From IMG/VR virus record IMGVR_UViG_3300028920_000037, positions 76,496 through 140,495 of that record: a stretch of 64,000 bases of DNA, one strand, 5' to 3'. The stretch is from a virus. Shown piece after piece: positions 9,788 to 20,196 of this stretch (positions within the stretch are counted from its first letter, which is position 1; each line of letters begins with the position of its first letter). The notes under the pieces are model-generated. The model saw only the letters and a program-made list of their open reading frames with translations. It had not been told where the DNA came from and did not search any database. The translations under genes were made by a program, and so were the position numbers.

Positions 9788-10341
9788 TGAGCAAAAAGAA
9801 CATTCTAGAATCGCTCGAAGCGCAGATCATGATTCCGCCCGATGCTGACGCAAAGCTTCAGAGCCTGCTGCAGCACTGGGAAAGCACGTACTACGGAGCG
9901 CTGTCTGTCCTGCTTGCAAACCTTCGCTTCCTTGCGCTCCTTCATCAGTTTCATCACTGGACGGTTTCCGGTAGCTCGTACTACGGTGACCATCTGCTGT
10001 TTCAACGCCTCTATGAGGGCGTCACTGAAGAGATTGACAGCCTTGCAGAAAGGGCAATCGGCCTGGGTTCAGAGTGCAACGTTGACCTCAGGATGCAGTT
10101 TGATACGATCTACGCGTTCATCAAGGACTACAGCATGGCTGGGGTCACGTACGCTCGTGACGGAGACCTTGCATACAAGTCACTCGATGCAGAGTACAAC
10201 TTCCTCCGTGTTGCTCAGGTAATCAGAGAGTATCTCGATGCGAACGGCATGCTGACAGGTGGCCTTGAGGACCTACTTCCTGCGATCGAAGGTAAGCACG
10301 AGGAACACATCTATCTTCTGAAACAAAGGGTTGGTGGATGA
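9787..10341 (+). CDS. dps: Dps-like ferritin family protein
   Basis: HWTVSG...HLLFQRLYE...EIDSLAER ferroxidase motif. Confidence 0.85.
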   Translation: MSKKNILESLEAQIMIPPDADAKLQSLLQHWESTYYGALSVLLANLRFLALLHQFHHWTVSGSSYYGDHLLFQRLYEGVTEEIDSLAERAIGLGSECNVDLRMQFDTIYAFIKDYSMAGVTYARDGDLAYKSLDAEYNFLRVAQVIREYLDANGMLTGGLEDLLPAIEGKHEEHIYLLKQRVGG

Positions 10342-10834
10342 CATGGAAGAGATTGCAGGAATCTGGGATGTATTAGCGCGACATGTCAAGTCGGACACAG
10401 GCAAGGAGCTGGATTCGCTTCAGCTCCAGCAGACGTTGGCCCCGTTTGATAGGCAGGACATCTCAGAAGAAGAACTTGCAAACATCGTTGCTGATGCTAT
10501 CTCAGGCGGCGGTTCGTGGTTCGAAACAGACACGATCATCCAGGACATGGAACTGATGGGATTTCTGCTTCCGACGACGATTGATACGTCTGCGGCGAAT
10601 CAGGTCTACACGCTCAACCTGACAGAGACGATTGACGTTGCGACAGCGTTGCTCCGTGAGAGGTTCGGTTGGCCGGTCAAGGCGACAGAACAGATGGTTG
10701 GAGTCGCTGACGAGGGCCCTGATGGAAAGACAACGTACGACGATGAGCCAAAGCCAGGAGATTGGGACGATTCTGTTTTTCGTGAGGACTTCAAGCGCTA
10801 CGTCAGGTTCATCGCCGCCAGTTTGAACGATTGA
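10331..10834 (+). CDS. Hypothetical acidic protein
   Basis: Coupled ORF. Confidence 0.6.
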   Translation: MVDDMEEIAGIWDVLARHVKSDTGKELDSLQLQQTLAPFDRQDISEEELANIVADAISGGGSWFETDTIIQDMELMGFLLPTTIDTSAANQVYTLNLTETIDVATALLRERFGWPVKATEQMVGVADEGPDGKTTYDDEPKPGDWDDSVFREDFKRYVRFIAASLND

Positions 10835-10859
10835 ACAGCGTGTGCTCGTAGCATAGAAT
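10831..10859 (+). promoter_or_regulatory. Sigma70-like promoter, leaderless
   Basis: TTGAAC-17 nt-TAGAAT, then 6 nt to ATG 10866. Confidence 0.7.
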
Positions 10860-10865
10860 CGGTCT

Positions 10866-11393
10866 ATGGAACACGACGAGGAACCGATCAACGCACTGTG
10901 TAGGACGGCAAACATGGTCGATGTGTTTGCTGTTCTGATCTACAAGCACGACCCGATGTCGCTCCAGTCTCCCGATCCACTCGAGTATGAATCTGAAGCG
11001 TTATCGATCACCGCACGGTTCATTGAGTCGGGCGTGCACGCTGCAAACGATGACGTTGCTGTGCCTGCTGCAGTCGAGATCGTAAGGAACGCGTTTATCT
11101 TCTGGTTTGAAGACGATGATGCAGCACTCAGCGCTCGTGCAAAGGGAGCGGACTACGGTCCGCTCGCAAAGGAGCTTGTTGAAGCGCTTCGCACAGAATT
11201 TGTGGAGGAGTTTGCAGAGCTCGATGAAGAATCGCCCACTGGCGTGCAGGCAGAGTTTGCTGCCGCTGTTGGCTTGAACGTTGAGTTTCCGCTGAGCGAA
11301 CGTACAACGCCCGGAACGCCTCGTGCCAAGGTCGTTGCAGAGGATAACATGGATCTTGATGGTCCACCAATCATCATCAGGGAGAAAAAGTGA
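10866..11393 (+). CDS. Hypothetical protein
   Basis: 'HDPMSL...EYESEA'; directly behind the promoter. Confidence 0.7.
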   Translation: MEHDEEPINALCRTANMVDVFAVLIYKHDPMSLQSPDPLEYESEALSITARFIESGVHAANDDVAVPAAVEIVRNAFIFWFEDDDAALSARAKGADYGPLAKELVEALRTEFVEEFAELDEESPTGVQAEFAAAVGLNVEFPLSERTTPGTPRAKVVAEDNMDLDGPPIIIREKK

Positions 11394-12367
11394 AGAACGT
11401 TCTCATCACCGGTGCCGCAGGGTTCCTAGGTAGTCACCTTGCCCAAAGGTTCATCAACAACGGAGACTTCGTCATAGGAGTCGACAACTTTTCGACGGCA
11501 CTCGGCGTAGATGCAATTCACTTCACTGCGCTTCAGGTGCAGAAGCACTTTGAGTTCTATAGGATGGACATCCGTGATCTTTTAAAGATCGGCACCCTCA
11601 TCGCAAGGTTCAAGCCGTCGCTCATCCTGAACTTTGCGTGTCCAGCATCACCACCAAGGTACCAGGCTGAACCGATCCAAACCTTGATGACGAGCGTTCA
11701 GGGACTAAACAACGTGCTTTCGGCCGTCAGGCTGGCCTGTATCAGGCCCACGATCATCCACGCGTCGACCAGCGAGGTCTATGGAGACCCAGAGATGTCT
11801 CCACAACCTGAGACGTACTTCGGTCGCGTGAACTCGTATGGACCGCGTAGCTGCTACGATGAGGGCAAGCGTGCTGCAGAGGCACTGTGTTTCGACTATG
11901 CGAACCTGGGTATGGATATCAGGCCGGTCCGCATCTTCAACACCTATGGTCCTCACATGGACCCCGATGACGGCCGCGTCGTCAGCAATTTCATCTGCCA
12001 GATGCTTCGCGACGAACCGATGACAATCTACGGCGACGGTGAGCAGACGCGTTCGTTTTGCTACGTTGACGACCTCGTAGAAGGGATCTATCGTGTCAGT
12101 GAGCTTCCTGTCGGAGTATTGAACGGACCGATCAACCTGGGGAATCCAAACGAGTTCACGATCAAGGAACTCGCGTTCAAGGTTGCAAAGGCACTTGGCA
12201 AGAAGCCTCAGATCACGTTTGACGCGTTTCCCATCAACGACCCGCTTCAGCGCAAGCCTGACATCACGCTTGCGAAACAATTTCTCAATGGGTGGGGACC
12301 AAAGGTCCAGCTCGACGATGGACTTCCTCCGACGATTGAGTGGTTTAAGAATCTTCTAGAGAAGTGA
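11390..12367 (+). CDS. UDP-glucuronate decarboxylase (UDP-xylose synthase)-like SDR
   Basis: GAAGFLG, ACPASP, STSEVYGDP, RSCYDEGKR, RIFNTYGP, DGRVVSNF, QTRSFCYV. Confidence 0.9.
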   Translation: MKNVLITGAAGFLGSHLAQRFINNGDFVIGVDNFSTALGVDAIHFTALQVQKHFEFYRMDIRDLLKIGTLIARFKPSLILNFACPASPPRYQAEPIQTLMTSVQGLNNVLSAVRLACIRPTIIHASTSEVYGDPEMSPQPETYFGRVNSYGPRSCYDEGKRAAEALCFDYANLGMDIRPVRIFNTYGPHMDPDDGRVVSNFICQMLRDEPMTIYGDGEQTRSFCYVDDLVEGIYRVSELPVGVLNGPINLGNPNEFTIKELAFKVAKALGKKPQITFDAFPINDPLQRKPDITLAKQFLNGWGPKVQLDDGLPPTIEWFKNLLEK

Positions 12368-12500
12368 CGTCTTCGTAGGTACAACGTAGGAATGACCCGT
12401 CCCGCCCGAGAAGCTAGACGTGAAGCCGCCAGTAGGTACGATTCTGAGCGTCACGGAGGTGGTAGAAATTGATGCTTGGCACACCGTGAGCTCCGGGTGC

Positions 12501-12920
12501 TCAAGCATGGACATAGTAGGACACGTGGACCGTCACCCCAGCGAGAGCGTAGGAGGATTCAGCTTCTGACATATTAGGAATGTGTCCCTCTGCGAGCAAG
12601 CGGAAGCCCAGGTCGATCCCGCGGAGGCGCGACGCACTCCCAGGAACCATCTTGACCTTGCAGATTGAGACGACATCGAGTTCCAAGAGCGCGTCGCTCG
12701 CCACCTGGCAGGTTGGATGTTGAGGGTCGAGCCAGTGTTGCGCAGCCTCTTCAACCAACTCAGCGGTATCAGGCCGCCGGTCGAGCAACAATTCATAATC
12801 ACGCGGCGTGTACTGAATCACAGCGTCGGTTTCGTTGAGTTGGTGGTCAGCGGCGAGTATCTTTCGCTTTGATCTCTTAGAGAGCCTGTTCGCCGCGTAC
12901 AGGATTTTAAGCATGGTCAA
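12501..12920 (-). CDS. Hypothetical protein
   Basis: Only sizeable ORF in the gap; TACAAT just upstream on the - strand. Confidence 0.55.
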   Translation of the reverse strand: MTMLKILYAANRLSKRSKRKILAADHQLNETDAVIQYTPRDYELLLDRRPDTAELVEEAAQHWLDPQHPTCQVASDALLELDVVSICKVKMVPGSASRLRGIDLGFRLLAEGHIPNMSEAESSYALAGVTVHVSYYVHA

Positions 12921-12936
12921 TTGTAGGCCTTACGCA

Positions 12937-12965
12937 GTGTAGCTGCACCTCACGTATGGTAGTGT
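12937..12965 (+). promoter_or_regulatory. Sigma70-like promoter, leaderless
   Basis: GTGTAG-17 nt-TAGTGT, then 6 nt to ATG 12972. Confidence 0.5.
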
Positions 12966-12971
12966 TGTTGC

Positions 12972-13175
12972 ATGGTCTATGAATACAAGTGTGCATCTTG
13001 TGGGAAGATGCACGAGATCGAACATGCAATCAGCGAAGAACCTCGAACAGTGTGTCCTGCGTGTGGTAAAGATTCACTTAGGAGGCAGATCAGTGGAGCA
13101 CCCAGGTTTATCCTGAAGGGTCGTGGGTGGGCGTCAGACGGATATTCTTTGCCAGAAAAGGTGTCCTCTGACTGA
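12972..13175 (+). CDS. FmdB-family zinc-ribbon protein
   Basis: YEYKCASCG...CPACG...LKGRGW. Confidence 0.88.
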   Translation: MVYEYKCASCGKMHEIEHAISEEPRTVCPACGKDSLRRQISGAPRFILKGRGWASDGYSLPEKVSSD

Positions 13176-13213
13176 TCGAACTACAGCCCTGTGGCTGCAT
13201 AGAGGAACGCTCA

Positions 13214-13558
13214 ATGTTTGTTCCAATCCTAAGCACAGAAGAAGCACTAGTTCGGATTGCGTTGTTCTGGATGAAAATGGATAACTTGGGTCTGTGTCGA
13301 CCTTACAACCATGTAGCTCAGCTTTGTGTTGAATCCGCGCTGGCTCGTGGTGATCAAAAAAGTGCGGAAACCTTGGTTGTTGATAACCAGCCAAGATGCA
13401 ATGTTAAGCAGATTTCTAGGTTTGTCCCTGGAAGACACTACTATGCGCTTGATCGTAAGTTTTTAACCTACGATTTGGCTGTGACGTATTTACGAGATCG
13501 TGGATATACAGTTCATCCTGAGGTGTTTGAGTACAGAATCCTTAGAGAAGGAGATTGA
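13214..13558 (+). CDS. Hypothetical protein (AT-rich)
   Basis: ORF with gagga SD. Confidence 0.55.
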   Translation: MFVPILSTEEALVRIALFWMKMDNLGLCRPYNHVAQLCVESALARGDQKSAETLVVDNQPRCNVKQISRFVPGRHYYALDRKFLTYDLAVTYLRDRGYTVHPEVFEYRILREGD

Positions 13559-13604
13559 TTTGGATGCTTACGGGATAAGCAAGGAAGAACGAACATGGCA
13601 ATGT

Positions 13605-13627
13605 CAGGGGACCTTCTTGGTCCCCTG
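13605..13627. other. GC-rich intergenic hairpin
   Basis: caggggacc-ttctt-ggtcccctg, perfect 9-bp stem, no U-tract. Confidence 0.6.
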
Positions 13628-13821
13628 CGTCGTATGCAGGCGATGATGCAGTGACGTATAATCAAGCTATGGTACACAGATACCTACGGACGACGTTCAG
13701 GATAGATTGACACTTGAAAAGTTTAGGAAGCTTGAAGAATTTGCTTGTCAGTTGTGAACATCCGCGTCATCTACGGTTTGTCAATTCATATTTCTCCAGG
13801 AACACTTTCAAAACTTGTTAG

Positions 13822-14256
13822 GTGCAGATGATATCAAACGAAAAAGAACCTCCTCACACCCTTCGGGCGTGCGAGAACCATCCAACAGTACAGAAGATCA
13901 ACAAGCTCTGTGAAGTCGCTCAAGAGCTCGGTGTCTACGTTCAGTTCTTTGGGCACCGTACGTTTGTTACTGACAAAGAATTTCCTGGTCGCCTTTACGA
14001 TATCAGCGACATTGGGAATTCAGACGAAGCGATCAGCGATTTCCCACCTCAGCTTGACTACAAGCTTACGTTTGAGAATCCAAAGTGGACGAACTGGAAC
14101 AATGAAAATAACGCTCGCCGCGAAAAAGAACGTAGACAGGCTGAGGCTGAGGAGCGACGCGTTCGCGAGGAAGAAGAACGTCAAAAGGCACGAGCTCTCG
14201 AAGAGCGTGAGCGGCAAGAACTCGCTCGTCTGAAGGAGAAGTATAGAGATGAGTAG
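13822..14256 (+). CDS. Hypothetical protein with charged coiled-coil tail
   Basis: E/R-rich C-terminus. Confidence 0.65.
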   Translation: MQMISNEKEPPHTLRACENHPTVQKINKLCEVAQELGVYVQFFGHRTFVTDKEFPGRLYDISDIGNSDEAISDFPPQLDYKLTFENPKWTNWNNENNARREKERRQAEAEERRVREEEERQKARALEERERQELARLKEKYRDE

Positions 14257-14746
14257 CATGAAGCACAAGTTCAGGTTTCCTGTCGGTGACTGGTCGGGTG
14301 ACGGTCATGGTAAGTGTGAATGGTTTCAAGTTCGAAGCAACCAACCTGTCGAGAAATGGCGTGAGGCGTACTTTGCATCATTGATCAAATTCAATGAACA
14401 CGACATCGCACCTGATAGTCACCACAATGGCAGGAAGGATAGAGGCTGGCCTCTGCACAAGATGCGTGAGCTCGTTGGTTTCAAATTTCCAAATACCGAT
14501 TATGACTGGCAGTATGACCAGCAAAGGGGAGAAAAGATCGAAGTCATACAAGATATTCCAAGGGTTGGATTTCCGGATCCGAAGGACGCCGTAGGGTACA
14601 CGCTCGCGTTCTGCCAGGCGTCTGATTCGTCGCTGAAGTTCGAGATCATTGAAAAAGAAACTGAGATGTTTCAGTTCTACGGTTTCGACGAGCAGGAAAG
14701 GCACATCGGTCACATCGGTTACGAAATCTTCATGGATGGTTGGTGA
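14249..14746 (+). CDS. Hypothetical protein
   Basis: 'GDWSGDGHG' start, 'IGY' end. Confidence 0.7.
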   Translation: MSSMKHKFRFPVGDWSGDGHGKCEWFQVRSNQPVEKWREAYFASLIKFNEHDIAPDSHHNGRKDRGWPLHKMRELVGFKFPNTDYDWQYDQQRGEKIEVIQDIPRVGFPDPKDAVGYTLAFCQASDSSLKFEIIEKETEMFQFYGFDEQERHIGHIGYEIFMDGW

Positions 14747-14815
14747 TGAATTCCGTGTCATATGCGTGTACAATCGTCAGTCCACAGGAGATATTGAAGA
14801 TCTGCGGAGGTACAC

Positions 14816-15037
14816 ATGAAAGCAACGGCTGAATTCACGATCATCGAGCTAGAGCCAGGTACGTATTTTTCAGGATACGTCGGTACGTTGCCTCTTACGA
14901 TTGAGTGGGCAAGCGTCGGTAACCCGCTGCTTGCGACAAGAGCACAACCAGGGTCGCTCGATGCTATTAAGGAAATGTTTCCGCATGCAAGGTACATGAG
15001 GGTCGAGGCAACCGCAGAGTGCGAGTACTATGAGTGA
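14816..15037 (+). CDS. Hypothetical protein
   Basis: SD ggagg; coupled to dnaE. Confidence 0.55.
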   Translation: MKATAEFTIIELEPGTYFSGYVGTLPLTIEWASVGNPLLATRAQPGSLDAIKEMFPHARYMRVEATAECEYYE

Positions 15038-17297
15038 GAAAACAATCAAGCGTGGTGCTCGAGTTGTCGATCCTGAATGCGTTTTACCGAAACGATTTGT
15101 TTCGCTTCATAACCATAGTGGATTTTCCACATATGATGGTTTGGGACCTCCGGAAGCTCACTTTGATTTTTGTATGGAAAATGGCTTAGATGCTCATGCC
15201 ATTACGGATCATGGCCATATGAATGGGTATGCAGCATCTCAATTGTACTATGAGAAGCTTAAGGATCAAGGGAGAGATTTTAAGTTCATACCTGGATGTG
15301 AATTTTATGTCCATCCTGACCTCGATGACTGGGCTCGCTACAGAGCACAGGAAGAGCAGAACAAGGAAGAGCGCAAGAAGGCTGAGCGTGCTGCGAGGAA
15401 ACGTGGTGATGCTCCTGATAACGATGTTGACAATGCAAATGCATTGACAGTTGAGAACGAAGAGGCGTCTAAGACCAATAAGTACCGTGACCCATTGAAG
15501 CGCCGCCATCACCTTGTGGTGCTGCCTAAGAACACAGCAGGCCTCAAGAAAATCTTTTCACTGGTCTCCTATGGCTACTTGGATGGGTTTTATCGGTTCC
15601 CTAGGATTGACATCAAGAGGATAAAGGCTGTCGCAGATGATGACATCATCCTCTCGTCGGCATGCATCGGTGGGCCCCTAGCATACGAGATCTTCGGTGT
15701 ATTTGCAGACGCACAGTGGGATGAGATGGGCCCACACCTGCTCAACGACTCATCGAACTACGAAAAGGTGATGCGTGCCCTGGGCAACGCACACGACATG
15801 TACGCTGACTCTGTGGGTGTTCACAACATGTTCCTCGAGCTGCAGTTCAACAAGATGCCACAGCAGGACCTAGTAAACCTAGCGCTGCTCAGATACGCAG
15901 TCGCAAACGGCATACAGGATCAGCTCATCGTCACATGCGACGCCCACTATCCAGGACCAGACCTCTGGCGTCAGAGGATCATGTACAAGAAGCTTGGGTA
16001 CCTGAACTACACAGAGATCGATCCGTCGGCGATCCCTAAGTCGAAGGACGAGCTCGAGTGTGAACTCTATCCCAAAAATGCCCAGCAGCTCTGGGAGGAG
16101 TATGTGGGTTGTAAGGCTAGGTCGTCCGAGTACGAGGCGATCGAGGGCATCGATGAGATCGTCTGTGCCGCCGTAGAGCGTACGTACGACATCGCTCATA
16201 CTGTCATAGACGAGCTTCCTCCAGACAGAGAGGCAAAGTTTCCTCACATCAGTGCAGAGGGTGATAAGCCATTCAACTACCTCGTTCAGATGTGCAAGAA
16301 GGGCTTGAAGAAGCGTGGACACGCCCACAAGCTCGAATATGTTGATCGCCTAAAGGAAGAGCTCGGGGTCATGAAGGAGCTCGGAGTCTCGAGGTACTTC
16401 AACACCCTTGCTGTCGTCATGCAGCTTGCACGTACGAAGGTGCTTACGGGACCGTGCAGAGGATCTGGTGGTGGTTCGCTCGTGAACTACTGCCTGTACA
16501 TCACGGATGTCGATCCGATCAAGTACGACCTGTACTTCTCGAGGTTCATGTCGGTGTACCGAAAGGGTATGCCTGACGTTGACATCGACATCGATGATCG
16601 CGATACTGTCCTTGACCTGTTGCGCAGCGAGTTTGGCTACACAAACGTCGTTCCGATCTCAAACTATAACCTCTTGAAGCTCAAGAGCCTGACAAAGGAT
16701 GTGTGCAAGTTCTTTGGCGTGCCGTTCGAAGAGGTGAATGCCGCGATGCGTACCGTCGAGGACGACGTCAGGAAGTCGACCCTCAAGGAAGGCGACGACA
16801 AAAACCTGTTTCAGCTGACGTTTGACGAGGCGATGGAACATTCGCCGAGTTATCGCGAGTTCATCGAAAAGCTTGCCGAAGACTTCCCAGAGGCCGTGGA
16901 GTCAATCCAGGCGCTCTATAAAGAACAACGTTCGCTCGGACGCCATGCGGGTGGAGTCCTTGTTGTTGACGATCTGCGAGACAAGATGCCTCTCATTACC
17001 TCGGGTGGCGAACCACAGTCGCCGTGGGTCGAAGGCATGGCCGTAAAACATTTAGAAAAAATTGGTAATTTCATCAAATACGATTTATTGGGTCTACTTA
17101 CTCTTCGTTTGATTAGGCGAACAATTGAATTAGTGCTTGAGAAACAGGTTCGAATTGATATTGACGGTCAAACGTTGTTTCTTGCGCCCGAGGAAAAGGT
17201 CGAACTTACAGCAGGCATGTTCAAAAAAGCCAAAGATATCATAGAAGGTGATGAAATTGACGACGATTGGCTCAGAACTTACACAGAAGGTGCTTGA
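15030..17297 (+). CDS. dnaE: DNA polymerase III alpha, fragment 1 (PHP + palm/thumb)
   Basis: SLHNHS..S..DG, ITDHG, GCEFY, CRGSGGGSLV, MPDVDIDID, RHAGG, KYDLLGL; ends with about 49 non-DnaE residues. Confidence 0.95.
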   Translation: MSEKTIKRGARVVDPECVLPKRFVSLHNHSGFSTYDGLGPPEAHFDFCMENGLDAHAITDHGHMNGYAASQLYYEKLKDQGRDFKFIPGCEFYVHPDLDDWARYRAQEEQNKEERKKAERAARKRGDAPDNDVDNANALTVENEEASKTNKYRDPLKRRHHLVVLPKNTAGLKKIFSLVSYGYLDGFYRFPRIDIKRIKAVADDDIILSSACIGGPLAYEIFGVFADAQWDEMGPHLLNDSSNYEKVMRALGNAHDMYADSVGVHNMFLELQFNKMPQQDLVNLALLRYAVANGIQDQLIVTCDAHYPGPDLWRQRIMYKKLGYLNYTEIDPSAIPKSKDELECELYPKNAQQLWEEYVGCKARSSEYEAIEGIDEIVCAAVERTYDIAHTVIDELPPDREAKFPHISAEGDKPFNYLVQMCKKGLKKRGHAHKLEYVDRLKEELGVMKELGVSRYFNTLAVVMQLARTKVLTGPCRGSGGGSLVNYCLYITDVDPIKYDLYFSRFMSVYRKGMPDVDIDIDDRDTVLDLLRSEFGYTNVVPISNYNLLKLKSLTKDVCKFFGVPFEEVNAAMRTVEDDVRKSTLKEGDDKNLFQLTFDEAMEHSPSYREFIEKLAEDFPEAVESIQALYKEQRSLGRHAGGVLVVDDLRDKMPLITSGGEPQSPWVEGMAVKHLEKIGNFIKYDLLGLLTLRLIRRTIELVLEKQVRIDIDGQTLFLAPEEKVELTAGMFKKAKDIIEGDEIDDDWLRTYTEGA

Positions 17298-19212
17298 CGC
17301 CTCTACACGGCACACATCTGCAAACGCGATCGCCCGCGAGCTTGGAACGTCTGCATATAAGGTGCGAAGGGTCCTGAGCGATAATAACGTAACGCTTAAG
17401 CAGCACATCGATCCAAACGCGATTCCAGAACACGAACATGAGCATGTTGTTGAACTACTTCGTGGTGGTATGTCGCGTGTTGACGTTGCAAAGAGGTTCA
17501 ATTCGACCATCAATGCCGTCAAAAAGGTACAAGATACCACGGGGTTTCGCAAACGTGCCGTAAGTCAGCCCAAGCGTTCCAATCACCTCGACGGCAAAGA
17601 ACGCCAGATTATTGTGATGTATGAGTCTGGTTGTTCCGTCAATGAGATCGTCACCGCGCTTACAACGACAAAGACGTTTTTGAGACACAAGTTTCAAGAG
17701 CTTGGCATTATGCCATCGGAACGTCGAAAAAGAAAGGCCTTGACGAAGGCGGAGATGCTGGAATGTATCTCCCTTCGTTTGACCACCAAGGAGTCAATCA
17801 AAAGGTTGAAGACTACTCCAGCGGTGTTTCGCAAGTTCAGAAAGAAGTACGAGTTGTCATTTAGATACGATCTTGCGCCTAAGGGCGAGGACTTAGATCG
17901 TCTTATTGCGTTGTTCAAACTTGGTAAAACTGCGCATGAAATTGCTGTTGAGATTTCATCGACTCCATCCTTGGTTACACGAGCCGCACGTCAGCAAGGA
18001 TTGATTTTTCGTGATCGTGTCAAGCAGAGGAAGATCATTCCAGAACATAGGATCAAAGATTTTAAACGCTTGTTCGAACGTGGGGATACAAAGCAACAGC
18101 TCGCAACCACGTTTAAAACGACGACATATGTTGTCAATGCGACTGTTGCCCACATTGGACTGTCATTTGATGCTCGTGATGTACAGATTGCGCGTAACAA
18201 CGCAGTTGAGCGCATAAACACGTTCGAACATTTAAACGTCATTGATGCGTCAGCATACAGGACGATGTACGGCCTCGACATACACGTTGAGTGTCTCAAA
18301 TGTGGCCATAAATGGTGGGACTGCTACAATACGCTTCGAAATGGATTCTGTAGAGGGTGTTCTGTTAGGAGCAAACCGGAACTGGAAATATCACAGTTCA
18401 TCGATTCGATCGAAGGTATCTCTGTCGTTCGAAACACTCGAACGATCATTTCACCGCTCGAACTCGATGTCTATGTACCTGAACTTAAGCTTGCTGTTGA
18501 GTTCAACGGGATATACTGGCATTCTGAAAAGGCAGGTACACCAAATAACTACCACGATCAAAAGATGCGTCGATGTCTAGAAAAAGGCATCATGCTTCTG
18601 CAATTTTTTGAAGATGAATGGTGGCACAAGCGTAACATTGTTGAAAGCATGATTATGCATCGTTTGGGGCGCTCAACGCGACGCGTGTTTGCAAGAAAGA
18701 CCAGTGTAGTTGAAGTTCATAGCAAACAAAGGCAGGAGTTTTTTGCTCGAAATCACATAGATGGAGACGTCCCAGCAACAAAGGCGTGGGGGCTTGAATT
18801 AGATGGTGAACTCGTATCTGTGATCAGCGTGCGGCAGCCAAAACACAAGAAATACAATAACGCGATTGAAATCGCACGTTTTGCGTCAGTGTTGGGAACC
18901 GTCGTACCCGGTGCGCTCGGCAGGTTGATGGTGCGTGTTTGTGAATTTTCTAATGACATGAACATTTCACAGATTGTTACATATGTCGATCTACGCCACG
19001 GTACAGGTAGGGGATACGAAGGCGTTGGATTTAGGCTCGATCATCTGACACCACCCAGATTTTGGTGGACAGACTTCAAACAACGCTATGATAGGTTCAA
19101 GTTCAAGGCAGACAAGGAGAATAATCTGACGCAGGAACAGGTCGCTAAGACCGCTGGAGTATGGCGAATTTTTGGTTGTTCGAATGCTTTGTATATCATG
19201 GATGTGCGCTAG
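17248..19212 (+). CDS. Free-standing Hef-like homing endonuclease with multiple N-terminal HTH repeats
   Basis: HTH repeats (AIARELG, DVAKRFN, EIAVEI), CLKCGH..CRGC, ELDVYVPELKLAVEFNGIYWH, C-terminal 'VFARK..NHIDG..EIARF..YVDLR..GY..GF' domain. Confidence 0.8.
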   Translation: MMKLTTIGSELTQKVLDASTRHTSANAIARELGTSAYKVRRVLSDNNVTLKQHIDPNAIPEHEHEHVVELLRGGMSRVDVAKRFNSTINAVKKVQDTTGFRKRAVSQPKRSNHLDGKERQIIVMYESGCSVNEIVTALTTTKTFLRHKFQELGIMPSERRKRKALTKAEMLECISLRLTTKESIKRLKTTPAVFRKFRKKYELSFRYDLAPKGEDLDRLIALFKLGKTAHEIAVEISSTPSLVTRAARQQGLIFRDRVKQRKIIPEHRIKDFKRLFERGDTKQQLATTFKTTTYVVNATVAHIGLSFDARDVQIARNNAVERINTFEHLNVIDASAYRTMYGLDIHVECLKCGHKWWDCYNTLRNGFCRGCSVRSKPELEISQFIDSIEGISVVRNTRTIISPLELDVYVPELKLAVEFNGIYWHSEKAGTPNNYHDQKMRRCLEKGIMLLQFFEDEWWHKRNIVESMIMHRLGRSTRRVFARKTSVVEVHSKQRQEFFARNHIDGDVPATKAWGLELDGELVSVISVRQPKHKKYNNAIEIARFASVLGTVVPGALGRLMVRVCEFSNDMNISQIVTYVDLRHGTGRGYEGVGFRLDHLTPPRFWWTDFKQRYDRFKFKADKENNLTQEQVAKTAGVWRIFGCSNALYIMDVR

Positions 19213-19252
19213 TTAAAATAACACTGTGTGATATACCCCCAATCAGGAACGT

Positions 19253-19912
19253 TTGATGATCATACCGAGTGGAAAGAAGCACGTTGTCTGGGCACGTATA
19301 GCAAAGACGGGTTCTATGTCAACAGAAAGAACGCTCACTGCATTGGGTGTGTTTATGCCACTGCGAAACGTGCTTCGTCGCCGAGAGGCGTACAAACCAA
19401 ACAAGCACATCCTTGTCGTTGATGACCTTGGAAAGCTAGCTGACGTCGGCGTGAACGTTGACGATTGCTTCATCTTTACGATCGTTCGATCGCCTTACTC
19501 ACGTGCGATGTCAGCGTGGTGTGGACACACCTTCTTCAAGGAAAAGAACAGGGACAACTTTGCCGACTGCATCAGGAACCCTCCCCAGCGTCCAGACAAG
19601 GGCTACAGAGAGCTTGGGAACAAGAAGGAAAAGGCTATCGAGGGCGCATGGAGACATTTCACAAAAACGATGTCGCAGTCGACGTCAATAGACGGTGCCT
19701 TACGCGTTGACAGGATCATCAAGCTCGAGGACTACAAGAACGGGCTGACTGCGGTGCTCGAAGAGCTAGGATTCAAGAAGATCAAGTTCTTCAAGGAGAA
19801 CAAGAGTCGCTTTCGCAAGAAGCGTGACCTGAAGCCGGAAGAGATCAGGCTCATCAATGCAAACTATTCTGAAGACTTCGACAATTTCAAATACGAAAAG
19901 AAAGAGGGCTGA
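19253..19912 (+). CDS. Sulfotransferase family 2-like protein
   Basis: RIAKTGSMS (5'-PAPS-binding-like), FTIVRSPYSRAMSAW, terminal YSEDF..FKY. Confidence 0.78.
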   Translation: MMIIPSGKKHVVWARIAKTGSMSTERTLTALGVFMPLRNVLRRREAYKPNKHILVVDDLGKLADVGVNVDDCFIFTIVRSPYSRAMSAWCGHTFFKEKNRDNFADCIRNPPQRPDKGYRELGNKKEKAIEGAWRHFTKTMSQSTSIDGALRVDRIIKLEDYKNGLTAVLEELGFKKIKFFKENKSRFRKKRDLKPEEIRLINANYSEDFDNFKYEKKEG

Positions 19913-20167
19913 CTGCATTGTACCCGGTGACATCGTCGGCGATGAAGATGTCACCGTTGGTCCTCGCTTGTTCCTTGTGCTTTCAGTCGTGCCACGTATG
20001 TGGATGATCGATTTTACCGTGTTGAACCCTTTGGGTGGAACGCAGATATGCTGTTCAACGCCTTACAAAGGACACAAAGTCCTTTAGGGACTTACCCAAC
20101 ATTCCAGTTGCATACAACGCAACGCCTCAGCTGCTCAGTGGAACGTACATTACTGAAGATTAACACA

Positions 20168-20196
20168 GTGTAGATCGTGCCGTCGTATTGTAGGAT
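20168..20196 (+). promoter_or_regulatory. Sigma70-like promoter for dnaE fragment 2, leaderless
   Basis: GTGTAG-17 nt-TAGGAT, then 6 nt to ATG 20203. Confidence 0.6.

Noticed and set aside
17148-17297. Functional second split intein
   Set aside because: No block A nucleophile, TxxH replaced by APEE, and no C-terminal Asn/+1 nucleophile in fragment 2.
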